DNA from: a virus
Lineage: Duplodnaviria; Heunggongvirae; Uroviricota; Caudoviricetes
Virus record (IMG/VR): IMGVR_UViG_2802429245_000013
Length of the DNA stretch: 45,041 bases
Reading direction: 5' to 3' (one strand)
The notes under the pieces are model-generated. The model had not been told where the DNA came from, did no database searches, and saw only the letters and a list, made by a program, of their open reading frames with translations. Below are positions 17,687-26,966 of the stretch, piece by piece; position 1 is the first letter of the stretch; each line of letters begins with the position of its first letter. The position numbers were made by a program, and so were the translations under genes.

Positions 17687-18500
17687 GTTTGCCCTTCTCC
17701 GTTAAAAATTCGTCGGGTAGTTTCTGAGGGGCGTAGATCGGCAGAGCATCGCAACTGCAATAAACCTCCTCCCCGGCAGCAGTGATTTCGTCATAAAAAC
17801 CATATACGGGCTTAATAAGCCCCTGCTCCAGCGCCCACGAATCGCGGAGGAGATAAATTTTCTCGTCGCGCTCTTTGTGGTCCTGTCGGTATTTGTAGCC
17901 CGGACGCCGCCAGTTAGAATGCCAGCGCAGAGCAATCGCACCACTCTGAACAGCCAGCAGATACTTAACGTTGCTCGCCAGCTTATGTCCCTGGTCAATT
18001 GCCACCCGGCGACTGATAAAATCCATATCCTTCACGGACTTCTGAAAACCGGACTTCACTTCCCGGCGATCAATTTCGCTCACCCCGTCAGGCGGAATGG
18101 ACGTAACCCATCCCTGAAAACGCTGTATAGTTTTCTCGATAGCCTGTTCGCGGTTGAGTTTTATCAGGTTGGCACTGGCGAAAATTCGCCTGTCGAGTTC
18201 CTTGCGAAACTCAGGTTTCAGTTTTTCAACAGTGATTTTTTTAGGGCCGTCAGGAGGCTGATCCCGTAATGCCCCGCCGTCGATGACAAGACGGCTGTAG
18301 ATAGCGGTGAGGTGTTTTCTGGCTACGGTATCATCAGGGGTTTCTCGCTGAGCGGCTACACGGAGTTTCCGGCACCATTCGAGCAATGATTTTTCGCTAT
18401 CCCACCCGTGATTTACGTAGTAGTTAACGGCATCCGTCAGAACCTCATATAGCGTCCTGATCCGTTTCTTCTTCCTCACCGCCCGGCTGGAAATTGCCAT
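17667..18500 (-). CDS. Head morphogenesis protein (Mu F / SPP1 gp7-like), about 277 aa
   Basis: ORF 17667..18638 trimmed to ATG at 18500 with RBS AGGAG 7 nt upstream; follows portal gene. Confidence 0.45.
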   Translation of the reverse strand: MAISSRAVRKKKRIRTLYEVLTDAVNYYVNHGWDSEKSLLEWCRKLRVAAQRETPDDTVARKHLTAIYSRLVIDGGALRDQPPDGPKKITVEKLKPEFRKELDRRIFASANLIKLNREQAIEKTIQRFQGWVTSIPPDGVSEIDRREVKSGFQKSVKDMDFISRRVAIDQGHKLASNVKYLLAVQSGAIALRWHSNWRRPGYKYRQDHKERDEKIYLLRDSWALEQGLIKPVYGFYDEITAAGEEVYCSCDALPIYAPQKLPDEFLTEKGKREFNRA

Positions 18501-19881
18501 CAGGCGTCTCCTGCTTCGGTGGTTCATAATTCGCCAGCGCGTCCACATCAATGATGAGTGGAGCTTCGCCATAGGTTTGCGTGGCATTAACAAGGCTTGC
18601 CAGCCATTCAGTGACGGCGGCACGGTTTTCAGGATCAACCTGTGGCGACACGGCAGAGAAAAGTGCTATCGCCTGTTGAATCACTTTACTGTCGCTTTCC
18701 CGGCGTTTGTCCGGCGACTCCTCCACCAGCTCCTGCCATGTCGCGGTAAATTCACGTCGCCACTGGTAAAACGTGGTTTTATAGTCATCAGTTATGATGT
18801 CCGGGTAATCATTTTTCAGCGACTGATAAAATTCCTCGTTCCAGGCGATGTACTGCACCAGGCGTTCGAAATAATCCATCACGGGTTCAATCTGCTGGCG
18901 TACACCATCGATATACTGGCTGATGGCTTTCGAATCTTCGGTCCCCTCACCGAAACCATTCGAAAAGGCTTCCTCTTTGATGAGGATCGCCGGAACGTCA
19001 CTCCCTGACGCAATATCGGAAATAATATTGTCGCGTGCAGCGTTTAGCGCACCATCGATGTTTTGTAGATTTAGCGAGGTAACGTCCTCATCCTTCCCGA
19101 TACTAAGCACACCTTTATTTTTTGCCTCTTTGACGTTTTCCCTTTTTCGTCCCGTGGCGGCAGCCATGAGCCCGTCAAGTTTCGAACCGTACTGCACAAC
19201 TTTAGCTACCAGTACGCCCGCCTTCTGGCTGACGAGATCATTCGCCTCCATCGTGTTGATATAGGATTTCAGGGAATAAAGAACGCGCTGAAACACACTT
19301 CGTCCGGTGAATCCGAACGATGAACTCTGAAACTCCAGATAAATCGGTGTGCCGTTGAAGATTTTCAGTGTGCGTGACGGATGCCAGTCTTTTCCGCCAA
19401 TCTTCAGTTTTTTATTGGCTTCCTGGAAAAACGGGCTGTTGGGGTTCTGGTCAGTCACCATCGAACCGGAAGCGTTCAACGGGTCCCACGCGTTGATATA
19501 CACGTCATCTTCTGTCAGTCCGAACGTCGGAAGCGGTTCACGACATGAAACACTGTCGGTGCCCACGCCGATCGCTGCGGCACCGTAGCAACGAGACAGA
19601 AAAAACAGATTTTTAATCTTCTCGTTAACCTTCATACGTTCCCATACCTCCTGGAAACGCCGCACAACCCGCTCGTCAGGGTCTGTCTCCACGTTGTACT
19701 GGCGCGGCTTACACATCGCCATAAGTATGGGTTTTTCGACAAGTTTCCCGCCCAGCGGGTGGTACTGCCACAGCAGTTTACACAGTTCATAGCCAATGTC
19801 GGTTCCCGGCTGAATTTCTTCAGCCTCAAGAATGCGCATCAACGAAGAACTGAGATTTACAGAAATCTCGATCTCAGCCAT
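18445..19881 (-). CDS. Portal protein, 478 aa
   Basis: ORF track; size and position directly after terminase large subunit; acidic C-terminus. Confidence 0.6.
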   Translation of the reverse strand: MAEIEISVNLSSSLMRILEAEEIQPGTDIGYELCKLLWQYHPLGGKLVEKPILMAMCKPRQYNVETDPDERVVRRFQEVWERMKVNEKIKNLFFLSRCYGAAAIGVGTDSVSCREPLPTFGLTEDDVYINAWDPLNASGSMVTDQNPNSPFFQEANKKLKIGGKDWHPSRTLKIFNGTPIYLEFQSSSFGFTGRSVFQRVLYSLKSYINTMEANDLVSQKAGVLVAKVVQYGSKLDGLMAAATGRKRENVKEAKNKGVLSIGKDEDVTSLNLQNIDGALNAARDNIISDIASGSDVPAILIKEEAFSNGFGEGTEDSKAISQYIDGVRQQIEPVMDYFERLVQYIAWNEEFYQSLKNDYPDIITDDYKTTFYQWRREFTATWQELVEESPDKRRESDSKVIQQAIALFSAVSPQVDPENRAAVTEWLASLVNATQTYGEAPLIIDVDALANYEPPKQETPDGNFQPGGEEEETDQDAI

Positions 19882-19900
19882 CAGAAAAAAATCCAGATTT

Positions 19901-21229
19901 TTACAATTCCGCGTAATTACCGTGCGCGATGATCAATCCATAGGTGTAACAATCGAAAAGGTCATCAGCACGTTTATGCGCATCTTTGTCTGCCAGGTGG
20001 AACCCGGCGATTTGTTTTATGAGGTGGTTTGCGGTGGTGCGTTTGAATGAAACGGTCTTGTCGTAAGCCTCCCGGACGATTTTGCACATCCCCTGATAGT
20101 GGTAGCTGGATGCCATCACCGCCCGTTCGTCTTTGCCCTTGCTGGTTAGTGCCGATTTAATCGGCGTCATATCCCAGCCTTCGGTTTCCGCCTTCTGGTT
20201 GAGGATTGCCCCCATCGCGGCGTCTTCCATAAAAATACCCTGGCTGCCCAGACGCGGACGGCATAATTTCGCGAGGCGCTCGAGGTTGTCATAAACGCCG
20301 GGGATATACTCAGGAAGCAATGACGCTTTAATTTGCGTCACATCCCAGTCAATAATCGTCAGTTTTGGATCGTCCGAATACGTTGACTCATAAGAGAAAT
20401 ACACCACGCCAGTACCATCATTTTCGGTCCCGCCTTTCAGCGCCGTATCCATCACTGCGAAAATCATGTCGCAGTACGGCGGCATCTCAATTGGTTGACC
20501 GTCCACCAGCAGCTTATCGACATCGAGTAACGCGTCTTTGGACCAGTCTACGAACTCTGCAAGATATTCCTGCTGCCAGACGCGCGGATCGGATTTCTTC
20601 TCCGTTTCCTCCAGTTCTTCTTTCGGAATATACGGATTCGATGAAGTTGGCGCATGGTGCATAACAAATCCCAGGGATTCATCGTGGCATATCGCGTAGA
20701 AAAAATTGCTCTCGTCGATACCGTTTGGTGTGGAAAATACCCACGCACAGCCGCGGTAATCGACAAGCGTCGGGCGTATCGCTCGGGGCCAGATTTCCTC
20801 GAGCATTTCCGGCGATTTAGTGAATGCGGCCTCATCAATCAGCACAGCGTGATATTTACGCCCACGCCCGGCCAGTTTGTTATTGTCCGTTACCCAAAAG
20901 TCGATGCGCCCCCCATTACGGAGAATGATGCGCTTTTCATTTTTTGACTGACTGAGGATCAGCGGTTGCAGAACGGCGCTAATTTCATCCCAGATTTCCT
21001 GGTACTGGCGGTATTGCGCGGTAAAAATCCCCACCCTACCCGCGATAAGTTGCCCGGTGGTAGGAACGGCAAATTTCCGCGTAGCGAAACTGGTAGCGAT
21101 GTTCACCAGCATCACCGTTTTACCCCAGCGACGACCACAGCATACCGCGTGGAAGCGTTCCTCTATTGCCGCCGTCCATGCAGCTATTTGCCCCTCATGA
21201 GGTTTTGGGAGGTAGATTTCAATCGACAT
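19901..21229 (-). CDS. Terminase large subunit, 442 aa
   Basis: Walker A-like CCGRRWGKT and Walker B-like VLIDEAA motifs in ORF translation; followed by portal. Confidence 0.75.
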   Translation of the reverse strand: MSIEIYLPKPHEGQIAAWTAAIEERFHAVCCGRRWGKTVMLVNIATSFATRKFAVPTTGQLIAGRVGIFTAQYRQYQEIWDEISAVLQPLILSQSKNEKRIILRNGGRIDFWVTDNNKLAGRGRKYHAVLIDEAAFTKSPEMLEEIWPRAIRPTLVDYRGCAWVFSTPNGIDESNFFYAICHDESLGFVMHHAPTSSNPYIPKEELEETEKKSDPRVWQQEYLAEFVDWSKDALLDVDKLLVDGQPIEMPPYCDMIFAVMDTALKGGTENDGTGVVYFSYESTYSDDPKLTIIDWDVTQIKASLLPEYIPGVYDNLERLAKLCRPRLGSQGIFMEDAAMGAILNQKAETEGWDMTPIKSALTSKGKDERAVMASSYHYQGMCKIVREAYDKTVSFKRTTANHLIKQIAGFHLADKDAHKRADDLFDCYTYGLIIAHGNYAEL

Positions 21230-22310
21230 TATCCACTCCCGGCATCGGCAGAGAGTTGTGGATAATTATTTCGTTATTCTCACCACCCACGCCTTTTTTG
21301 AGGTTTTCAATCTCAGTGCGCAGCTTTTCGTTGCGAAGCCTCAGTCCTTCAAGCTCCAGATCATTGCGACTGTCAGTTGCACCACCAGCAGAACTTCCTT
21401 TCGTCGCCATTATCAGCTTGATAAGTTCACGCCGGGCGGCAGCCTTATCCTCCAGCAGGATCTCAACACCAAATTTCCCGAGCTTTGCCCCTGCATATAA
21501 TTGCCGCGCATCCCCATCAAGCAGAGTGGTATCAGCCATATAAAGCTGCCCCGTTCCCTCACCGCAGCACTTCGGGCAGTCCGGATTGGGTATGGCGTTA
21601 TCAACAAAGCCGAGGCCTCCATATTCCGGCTCGGGTTTGCCATCTCTGGAGGCCTGTGCCGCTGCCTTATCGAATTCTGCAATATCACGCCACTGGTAGA
21701 GATGATTCTCGCCCCAGCAATAACGGCAGTTAACACGGCGAAATTGTGCCAACTGATTGGGGTCGGCCTGGACAATGGCCATCAACTGACTCACCAGTAA
21801 ATCCAGGTCTGCGGTATAGCGTTTCTGGTACTGATTGCGGAAGTAGCTGATAGCGCGAAAAACCTTAGGATTTCTTAGGAGCTGGCTGGCGGTTACGTAG
21901 GCCGCATTCCCCTCTGACTCGTATCCTGCCAGGCGATATGCCTCAACGAGTTTTTTCCCCTGGGCAACCAGCATTGCGAATTTCGCCTGCTGGTCTGAAA
22001 TACCGAATTCATCGGGACAGAATGAAATTTCCTCCGCGTCGCCCTCATTCAGGCACGCATCGGATACTGACTTTTTTTTCTGAGATTTTCCGTTCCGCTT
22101 TTGCGCAGTCTGCGCAAATTTTTTCTGCGCACTTTTTTGCGCAGTTTTGCGCACTTCTGTCTGCGCATTTTTCGGAGGTTTTTTGATGTAACGACGGGCT
22201 GTTGCGTAATTCAGTCCCCTTGCTTCACACCATGCCACCGGAGATATACCGGAGCGGGTGTATTCAGCAATATACTCCTGCTGCAACGCCCCCCAGTCCG
22301 GTCTGCTCAT
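21219..22310 (-). CDS. Terminase small subunit-like DNA-binding protein (N-terminal HTH, Cys4 motif), 363 aa
   Basis: ORF track; N-terminus ISPVAWCEARGLNYATARRYIKK is HTH-like; CxxC...CxxCC cluster; start overlaps terminase large subunit region by 11 nt. Confidence 0.45.
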   Translation of the reverse strand: MSRPDWGALQQEYIAEYTRSGISPVAWCEARGLNYATARRYIKKPPKNAQTEVRKTAQKSAQKKFAQTAQKRNGKSQKKKSVSDACLNEGDAEEISFCPDEFGISDQQAKFAMLVAQGKKLVEAYRLAGYESEGNAAYVTASQLLRNPKVFRAISYFRNQYQKRYTADLDLLVSQLMAIVQADPNQLAQFRRVNCRYCWGENHLYQWRDIAEFDKAAAQASRDGKPEPEYGGLGFVDNAIPNPDCPKCCGEGTGQLYMADTTLLDGDARQLYAGAKLGKFGVEILLEDKAAARRELIKLIMATKGSSAGGATDSRNDLELEGLRLRNEKLRTEIENLKKGVGGENNEIIIHNSLPMPGVDNVD

Positions 22311-22313
22311 CAG

Positions 22314-22523
22314 TTAGTCCTGATTTTTATCCACCCTGAGTAGTTCGCGCAGGGCAAAGGCATCCCCTTTTCTGGCAAGCTTAAACAATGCCGCCCGTAG
22401 CTCGGCTTCACCTTTCGCTCTGCCCTTACGGATGGACGCATAAAAATTTGTCATTGCTTCCCGATTTTCTTTCAGTCGGTTCAGATCAACATCCAGAACG
22501 TCAGCTATTTGTTGTGCAGTCAT
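22314..22523 (-). CDS. Hypothetical small protein, about 69 aa
   Basis: ORF track 22314..22565 trimmed to internal Met; start uncertain. Confidence 0.3.
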   Translation of the reverse strand: MTAQQIADVLDVDLNRLKENREAMTNFYASIRKGRAKGEAELRAALFKLARKGDAFALRELLRVDKNQD

Positions 22524-23433
22524 CCGGCACGCTGCCAGAGACTCGACTTTCGAATACGGAATCATTTGTCACCCCCATTGATATGCAGGGTGTCTTCTTC
22601 CTGTATTTTTCGTGAAGGATTTTTACTGCAGCGTTGTTCCAGGTGACCTGATGGTGAATGCGTTTATGGCTGGCACCCATCAGTGAGATTTTTACGCACG
22701 ACGGCGCATACATGACGGAGTAAAAACTTTTAACGTAGGTTCCGGAATCCAGATACAGCTCGGTCATTCCGCCGCTGTTTTTCTGCGTCTGTTTCTGCCC
22801 TAACTGGACAGCACCGATCGTCATAAACAATTCACCACGGCGACCGAGATTCGTGTACGTATTCACATCCTCGTTAATGCGCCCCATGAATGAGAACGGT
22901 CGCTCGACCGAACAGATAAAGCTGTTCATTGCCTTGCGTTTCACCCATGAAGCATGGCCGCCATTGTCACCAAGAAAATCCCCGCCCTGCGACATAGCGA
23001 TGGAAAGAGCAGGTATTGATTCGTAATACGCCAGCATTTCAGAAAGGATCGCATCCAGTTTCCTTATCGGAAAATAGGCCTGGTCATAGTTGCGATCCAC
23101 CCGAAACTGAAACTCGTGATAATCATCATCGAGCTGAATGAAGTATTTACACCCGACCTTTTTTGCCAGGTCAAAACTGGCATTACGGGCGTAAAAAATT
23201 GAGCGACGATCACCGAAATTATCGGCTTCGTCAAAACGACTGGCGATATCGGCTTTGGAAAACACCAGCACCTGTTCACCAAATTCTGCTATGTACTGAT
23301 GCCGGGTTTTATCTTCATCATCAACGACGATAAAAATTTTCCCGGTATAGCCAGCACGACGCAAAGTCCGGTAAGTCAGAACTTTGTCCGGTCGCCCGTG
23401 AGTCAGAATAAAGGCGCAAAAATCATCACGCAT
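22501..23433 (-). CDS. Unknown enzyme-like protein, about 310 aa, possible GT-A-fold DxD-type transferase
   Basis: ORF 22501..23451 trimmed to ATG at 23433 with RBS GGGAGG; strand-DxD-like YFIQLDDDYHEF and N-terminal CAFILTHGRP...KIFIVVDDED suggest a Rossmann-like nucleotide-dependent transferase; start overlaps ParB-like stop by 8 nt. Confidence 0.35.
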   Translation of the reverse strand: MRDDFCAFILTHGRPDKVLTYRTLRRAGYTGKIFIVVDDEDKTRHQYIAEFGEQVLVFSKADIASRFDEADNFGDRRSIFYARNASFDLAKKVGCKYFIQLDDDYHEFQFRVDRNYDQAYFPIRKLDAILSEMLAYYESIPALSIAMSQGGDFLGDNGGHASWVKRKAMNSFICSVERPFSFMGRINEDVNTYTNLGRRGELFMTIGAVQLGQKQTQKNSGGMTELYLDSGTYVKSFYSVMYAPSCVKISLMGASHKRIHHQVTWNNAAVKILHEKYRKKTPCISMGVTNDSVFESRVSGSVPDDCTTNS

Positions 23434-24214
23434 ATTCCTCCTCCCCGCCATGCATGATCTCCACCATGCACTGCGTCATCCGGACAAAACCATTTTCGAT
23501 GGCTTGCTGATAATCAATGATCACCAGCGCCGACTCTTCGAAAAGCGCCTGAACTTCAGCGGGCGCATGGGCGTAATAGTCCGCAATTCTGCTGAAATTA
23601 AACACTGTGTGGCGTTCTGCCGCACACAGGAGGAATTTTTCGATATCAGGATCAAGGGACGCCGAACGTATCCGGCTGACCAGCTCCTGAGTTTTCGTAT
23701 CGTCGTACAGTTCGCCGATATCCGGTTTATCGCCTGACGGCTCATAAACAGGTGTATCAATTTTCGTCGTGTACTGCTCCTCCTCATTTCCGGTACCTGG
23801 CAAAACATCCGTCAACAGTTCATCAATTTCTGTTGGGCTGAATCCTGTCAGGGAGATATCAAAATCAGCATTGATTAGCTCCGACAGTTCCACCCGTAAC
23901 AGTTCTTCATCCCAGCCAGCGTTGAGCGGCAGGCGATTATCTGCCAGGCGGTACGCCTTTTTCTGATCATCCGTCAGGCCAGACAGAACAATGACCGGAA
24001 CCGAATCCATTTTGAGCATTTCAGCCGCCATCACGCGACCGTGACCAGCAATAATTTCGCCCTTTTCGTCAATCAGCACCGGATTGGTCCAGCCGAATTG
24101 CTTAATGCTTTCTACCAGTTGTGCCACCTGCTCAGGGCTGTGTGTCCTGGCGTTGTGCGCATACGGAGACAGTTTTTGCAACGGGCGATAGACGATCTTT
24201 AATTTCTCGCTCAT
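23426..24214 (-). CDS. ParB N-terminal domain (ParB/sulfiredoxin-like) protein, 262 aa
   Basis: ORF translation has ParB-N hallmark ...NPVLIDEKGEIIAGHGRVMAA... near N-terminus. Confidence 0.6.
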   Translation of the reverse strand: MSEKLKIVYRPLQKLSPYAHNARTHSPEQVAQLVESIKQFGWTNPVLIDEKGEIIAGHGRVMAAEMLKMDSVPVIVLSGLTDDQKKAYRLADNRLPLNAGWDEELLRVELSELINADFDISLTGFSPTEIDELLTDVLPGTGNEEEQYTTKIDTPVYEPSGDKPDIGELYDDTKTQELVSRIRSASLDPDIEKFLLCAAERHTVFNFSRIADYYAHAPAEVQALFEESALVIIDYQQAIENGFVRMTQCMVEIMHGGEEEYA

Positions 24215-24332
24215 ACAGCCTCGCTTGATGAATAAAAAAGCTCACTAACAGCCAGTGCGCTGGGTGCGCGGCGGGTGCTGTTGGTGAGCCTGGCATTATC
24301 GCAGCCCCTCACTGAAGGGCTGCTGTAATGCC

Positions 24333-24521
24333 TTAACCCAGTTTCGCTCGCACCAGAGCATCTTTTGCTTCAAGCAATTTACGTAACCCAGCCGACTTTT
24401 CCGGACCGTCTGGCAAAGATTCATCCATTACTCTTGCCAGATCACCAATTGGCTTACTCACTTCCTTTAACGAAGTCGGAAGATGCTCATAATTGAAATA
24501 TTTCATAATTGGCGATTCCAT
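24333..24521 (-). CDS. Hypothetical protein, 62 aa
   Basis: ORF track; RBS AAGGAG favours second Met. Confidence 0.3.
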   Translation of the reverse strand: MESPIMKYFNYEHLPTSLKEVSKPIGDLARVMDESLPDGPEKSAGLRKLLEAKDALVRAKLG

Positions 24522-24553
24522 CATTTCTCCTTAGTAAAACAATTATCAGGCGA

Positions 24554-24736
24554 TCAGTTCTGCATACACTGCCGGACACCGTCGACAATTTCACAGACCT
24601 GAGAAGCTGTATCGAAAAGCTGGCGCGCCTTATCCAGGCTGACGCATCCCACCAATAAAAAAGGCACCAGTATCGCTACCAGTGCCCATTTCGCTGCCGT
24701 TCGCGGCATTCTGTGTGTCCAGTGTTTTCGACTCAT
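24554..24736 (-). CDS. Lysis-associated lipoprotein (lipobox LLVGC), about 60 aa; o-spanin-like position
   Basis: ORF 24554..24808 trimmed to Met after endolysin stop: MSRKHWTHRMPRTAAKWALVAILVPFLLVGCVSL... Confidence 0.4.
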   Translation of the reverse strand: MSRKHWTHRMPRTAAKWALVAILVPFLLVGCVSLDKARQLFDTASQVCEIVDGVRQCMQN

Positions 24737-24750
24737 AACTCGCCCGGCTA

Positions 24751-25128
24751 TCAGCGTTTCAATTGGAAGTGCGGCCCGTCCTTCAGCGTTTTCCAGTCCC
24801 CGCCCCATTCGATGGCGACTCCCAGCTCTGCGGCAGCCTGCTTAAATGCCTGTGCGATTTTCTCGTACAGAGGCCAGTCCCATGACACCTGGCTGCCAAC
24901 ATAAGCCACAACATCCACAGCATCACCGGTCAGGTGGCGGCTGTTCATGGTCTGGCTTTTCCCTTCCGCGACCAGCTGTTTCTGGCGTTCTTTCGTGCGC
25001 AGCCCTTCCGTAATACCGAAATCAACCTCCGTCAATTCCAGCGCACGGCGAACGACAGCAACCAGCTGTGGTTTGACGCCCTCCAGATTTTTTTCACTGC
25101 GACGACTGAATCTGAATTTACCCGACAT
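24751..25128 (-). CDS. Endolysin, L-alanyl-D-glutamate peptidase (peptidase M15 / VanY-like)
   Basis: Motifs ...SRHLTGDAVDVVAYVG...W...DGPHFQL typical of M15 phage endopeptidases; ATG at 25128 with RBS GGAGG 5 nt upstream (ORF-track first codon is GTG). Confidence 0.75.
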   Translation of the reverse strand: MSGKFRFSRRSEKNLEGVKPQLVAVVRRALELTEVDFGITEGLRTKERQKQLVAEGKSQTMNSRHLTGDAVDVVAYVGSQVSWDWPLYEKIAQAFKQAAAELGVAIEWGGDWKTLKDGPHFQLKR

Positions 25129-25130
25129 GC

Positions 25131-25406
25131 TCACCTCCGGAATGAAAGGATTTTTGAAACGTTCCCGCGTGCACGTATCACCAGCACGCAGAACAGCAGA
25201 TTAAGCCCCACCGCCAGCCAGTTCGCCGCTAACGGGCGACCGCACAGATAGCTGAGGGGTGCAAAGGCATACAGCAGCATCAGCAGCCAGGCCAGCCATG
25301 ACATCAGCGGTTTGTGTCTGGAATCACGGCGACGATAAAAAAAGAGCGTCAGCACGATAACCGTGCATAACGCCACATTCAGCAATCCGGAAAGGTTACT
25401 TAACAT
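25131..25406 (-). CDS. Small membrane protein (holin/antiholin-like), about 91 aa
   Basis: ORF 25131..25460 trimmed to Met with RBS GGAGG; two to three hydrophobic segments; stop overlaps endolysin start. Confidence 0.45.
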   Translation of the reverse strand: MLSNLSGLLNVALCTVIVLTLFFYRRRDSRHKPLMSWLAWLLMLLYAFAPLSYLCGRPLAANWLAVGLNLLFCVLVIRARGNVSKILSFRR

Positions 25407-25788
25407 TGCCGCCTCCTCCGCCCCGCAGGCGGGAGAACAGGCCGGACACCAGCGATGCAATATCCTGCTGGTGGATGAACGAGAGAATCTTCACCGACAC
25501 CACTGACACCAGTACTGCACACAATGCGTCGACAGGCGCGCTGTCAAATCCTGTGTGCTTTACCAGCCAGGCAGCCAGAACCTCTGCGCCCAGCACGCCA
25601 ATAATGAACGACACCAGAAAATGCGCCGCCACACGCCAGGCTGAAAGCGCCTGCGGCATCGTTGCCACAAATAACGCCCCGGCGAACGCACCAAACACAA
25701 TCCCGAAATCCGTTCCGGTAAACAGCCCGTACACCGTCGCCCCACCGAGCGCCGCAGCCGTGCCGGAACCGGATAAGGGTTCAGACAT
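25396..25788 (-). CDS. Holin-like multi-TM protein, about 131 aa
   Basis: ORF 25396..25860 trimmed to Met with RBS AGGAG; Gly/Ala-rich transmembrane segments; first gene of lysis cassette. Confidence 0.5.
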   Translation of the reverse strand: MSEPLSGSGTAAALGGATVYGLFTGTDFGIVFGAFAGALFVATMPQALSAWRVAAHFLVSFIIGVLGAEVLAAWLVKHTGFDSAPVDALCAVLVSVVSVKILSFIHQQDIASLVSGLFSRLRGGGGGNVK

Positions 25789-25802
25789 ACTTTTTTCTCC
25801 TG

Positions 25803-25829
25803 TAAATAAAAAAGGGCCACCAGCGGCCC
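25803..25829 (-). terminator. Hairpin plus U-tract immediately upstream of holin RBS (minus strand)
   Basis: Stem GGGCC/GGCCC with 6-nt loop; on minus strand followed by TTTTTTATTT. Confidence 0.45.
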
Positions 25830-26107
25830 GTAAAAAACACCCCGTCAAAAGCACCGGCATCCGCAGATGCCCTTTGCGTGGCGTTATTTGATGCGCGCCA
25901 GATGTGGCGCAAAGAAATGAAATAAGACTTATCGGAAATTAAGGTTAATTTGAGGATTTAAACCACTTCTGAAGCTTAGTAGTATGAACATGTCCCCGGA
26001 AGGGGGCCAATACTTATTATTCTTCATGGACTTTGTCCCGCGGTCTTAATCCGACGACCGCGCTACTTTTCACCCTCTCGCAAATTGCTATCCAAAGGAC
26101 GTTGTCC

Positions 26108-26140
26108 CACGAGTATTCCTGGATGCTCGTGTCTTTTTTC
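26108..26140 (+). terminator. Plus-strand terminator-like hairpin (CACGAG...CTCGTG then TCTTTTTTC)
   Basis: Read from sequence; convergent with minus-strand terminator 20 nt away. Confidence 0.35.
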
Positions 26141-26154
26141 GTCCTGAGAAAGGA

Positions 26155-26180
26155 ATAAAAAAAACCGCCAGATATGGCGG
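26155..26180 (-). terminator. Rho-independent terminator downstream of the tRNA pair (minus strand)
   Basis: Hairpin CCGCCAGATATGGCGG; on minus strand followed by TTTTTTTT. Confidence 0.55.
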
Positions 26181-26546
26181 TTGGTCAATGCAAGGGATGA
26201 ATTTTTTTAATTGTTATTAAACCGAGGCGTCGGGTGCCTCCCGAAGTATTCCGTGCTGTATGGATACTGTGGTTTCCCGCTAAACCGACTCTTTAAACCA
26301 CCCTCGCACTGAGGTGCGCCTCTTTGGTGCGATTTACAACACCAGAATGATGCATCACCGACCCTGCCAGGAAATACAAAATCTCCACCGATAATGCACC
26401 ATTCTGCTGTCGTAAAAAAATCAGCACTGAGGCTACACCTGGCCTCAAATCATAGCCAGAGAACAGAATGCTTTTTCAAAACAACCTGCTCCCACGTAAT
26501 AAAAAATACGCCAGTGCCGCAATACAATAAGGCTTGTTTCAAATGC

Positions 26547-26621
<75 letters not shown>

Positions 26622-26624
26622 ATA

Positions 26625-26700
<76 letters not shown>

Positions 26701-26937
26701 ATTGGTTCTTCAGGGGAGCGATATCACCGAGCAAAGAAGAGTTCCCCCCTCAGAACCGTTTTCGATGATACGATTTAATATTCCAATCGCAACAACACTT
26801 TACGTCAAGTTATGTAAATTAATTTATATGTTTTTATTTTATGTGAATAATTCACTTTCATTTAAAATATACATGACAATATATAAACAAATTTATTTTG
26901 AAGGCGATTATTAAATGTCGTTTCTTATATCACACCA

Positions 26938-26966
26938 TAGAAACAACAAAACCCGCTCGATGGCGG
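26938..26966 (-). terminator. tR-prime-like terminator about 100 nt downstream of Q-like gene
   Basis: Hairpin CCCGCTCGATGGCGGG; on minus strand followed by TTTTGTTGTT. Confidence 0.5.

Noticed and set aside
25860-26546. Possible toxin (stx-like) or other protein cargo between tRNAs and holin
   Set aside because: No ORF of meaningful length on either strand; only very short frames without RBS (kept as a non-coding finding instead).
26702-26914. 70-aa plus-strand ORF in the AT-rich segment upstream of the tRNAs
   Set aside because: No RBS, composition-driven low-complexity translation; the segment is more plausibly the tRNA promoter or leader region on the opposite strand.
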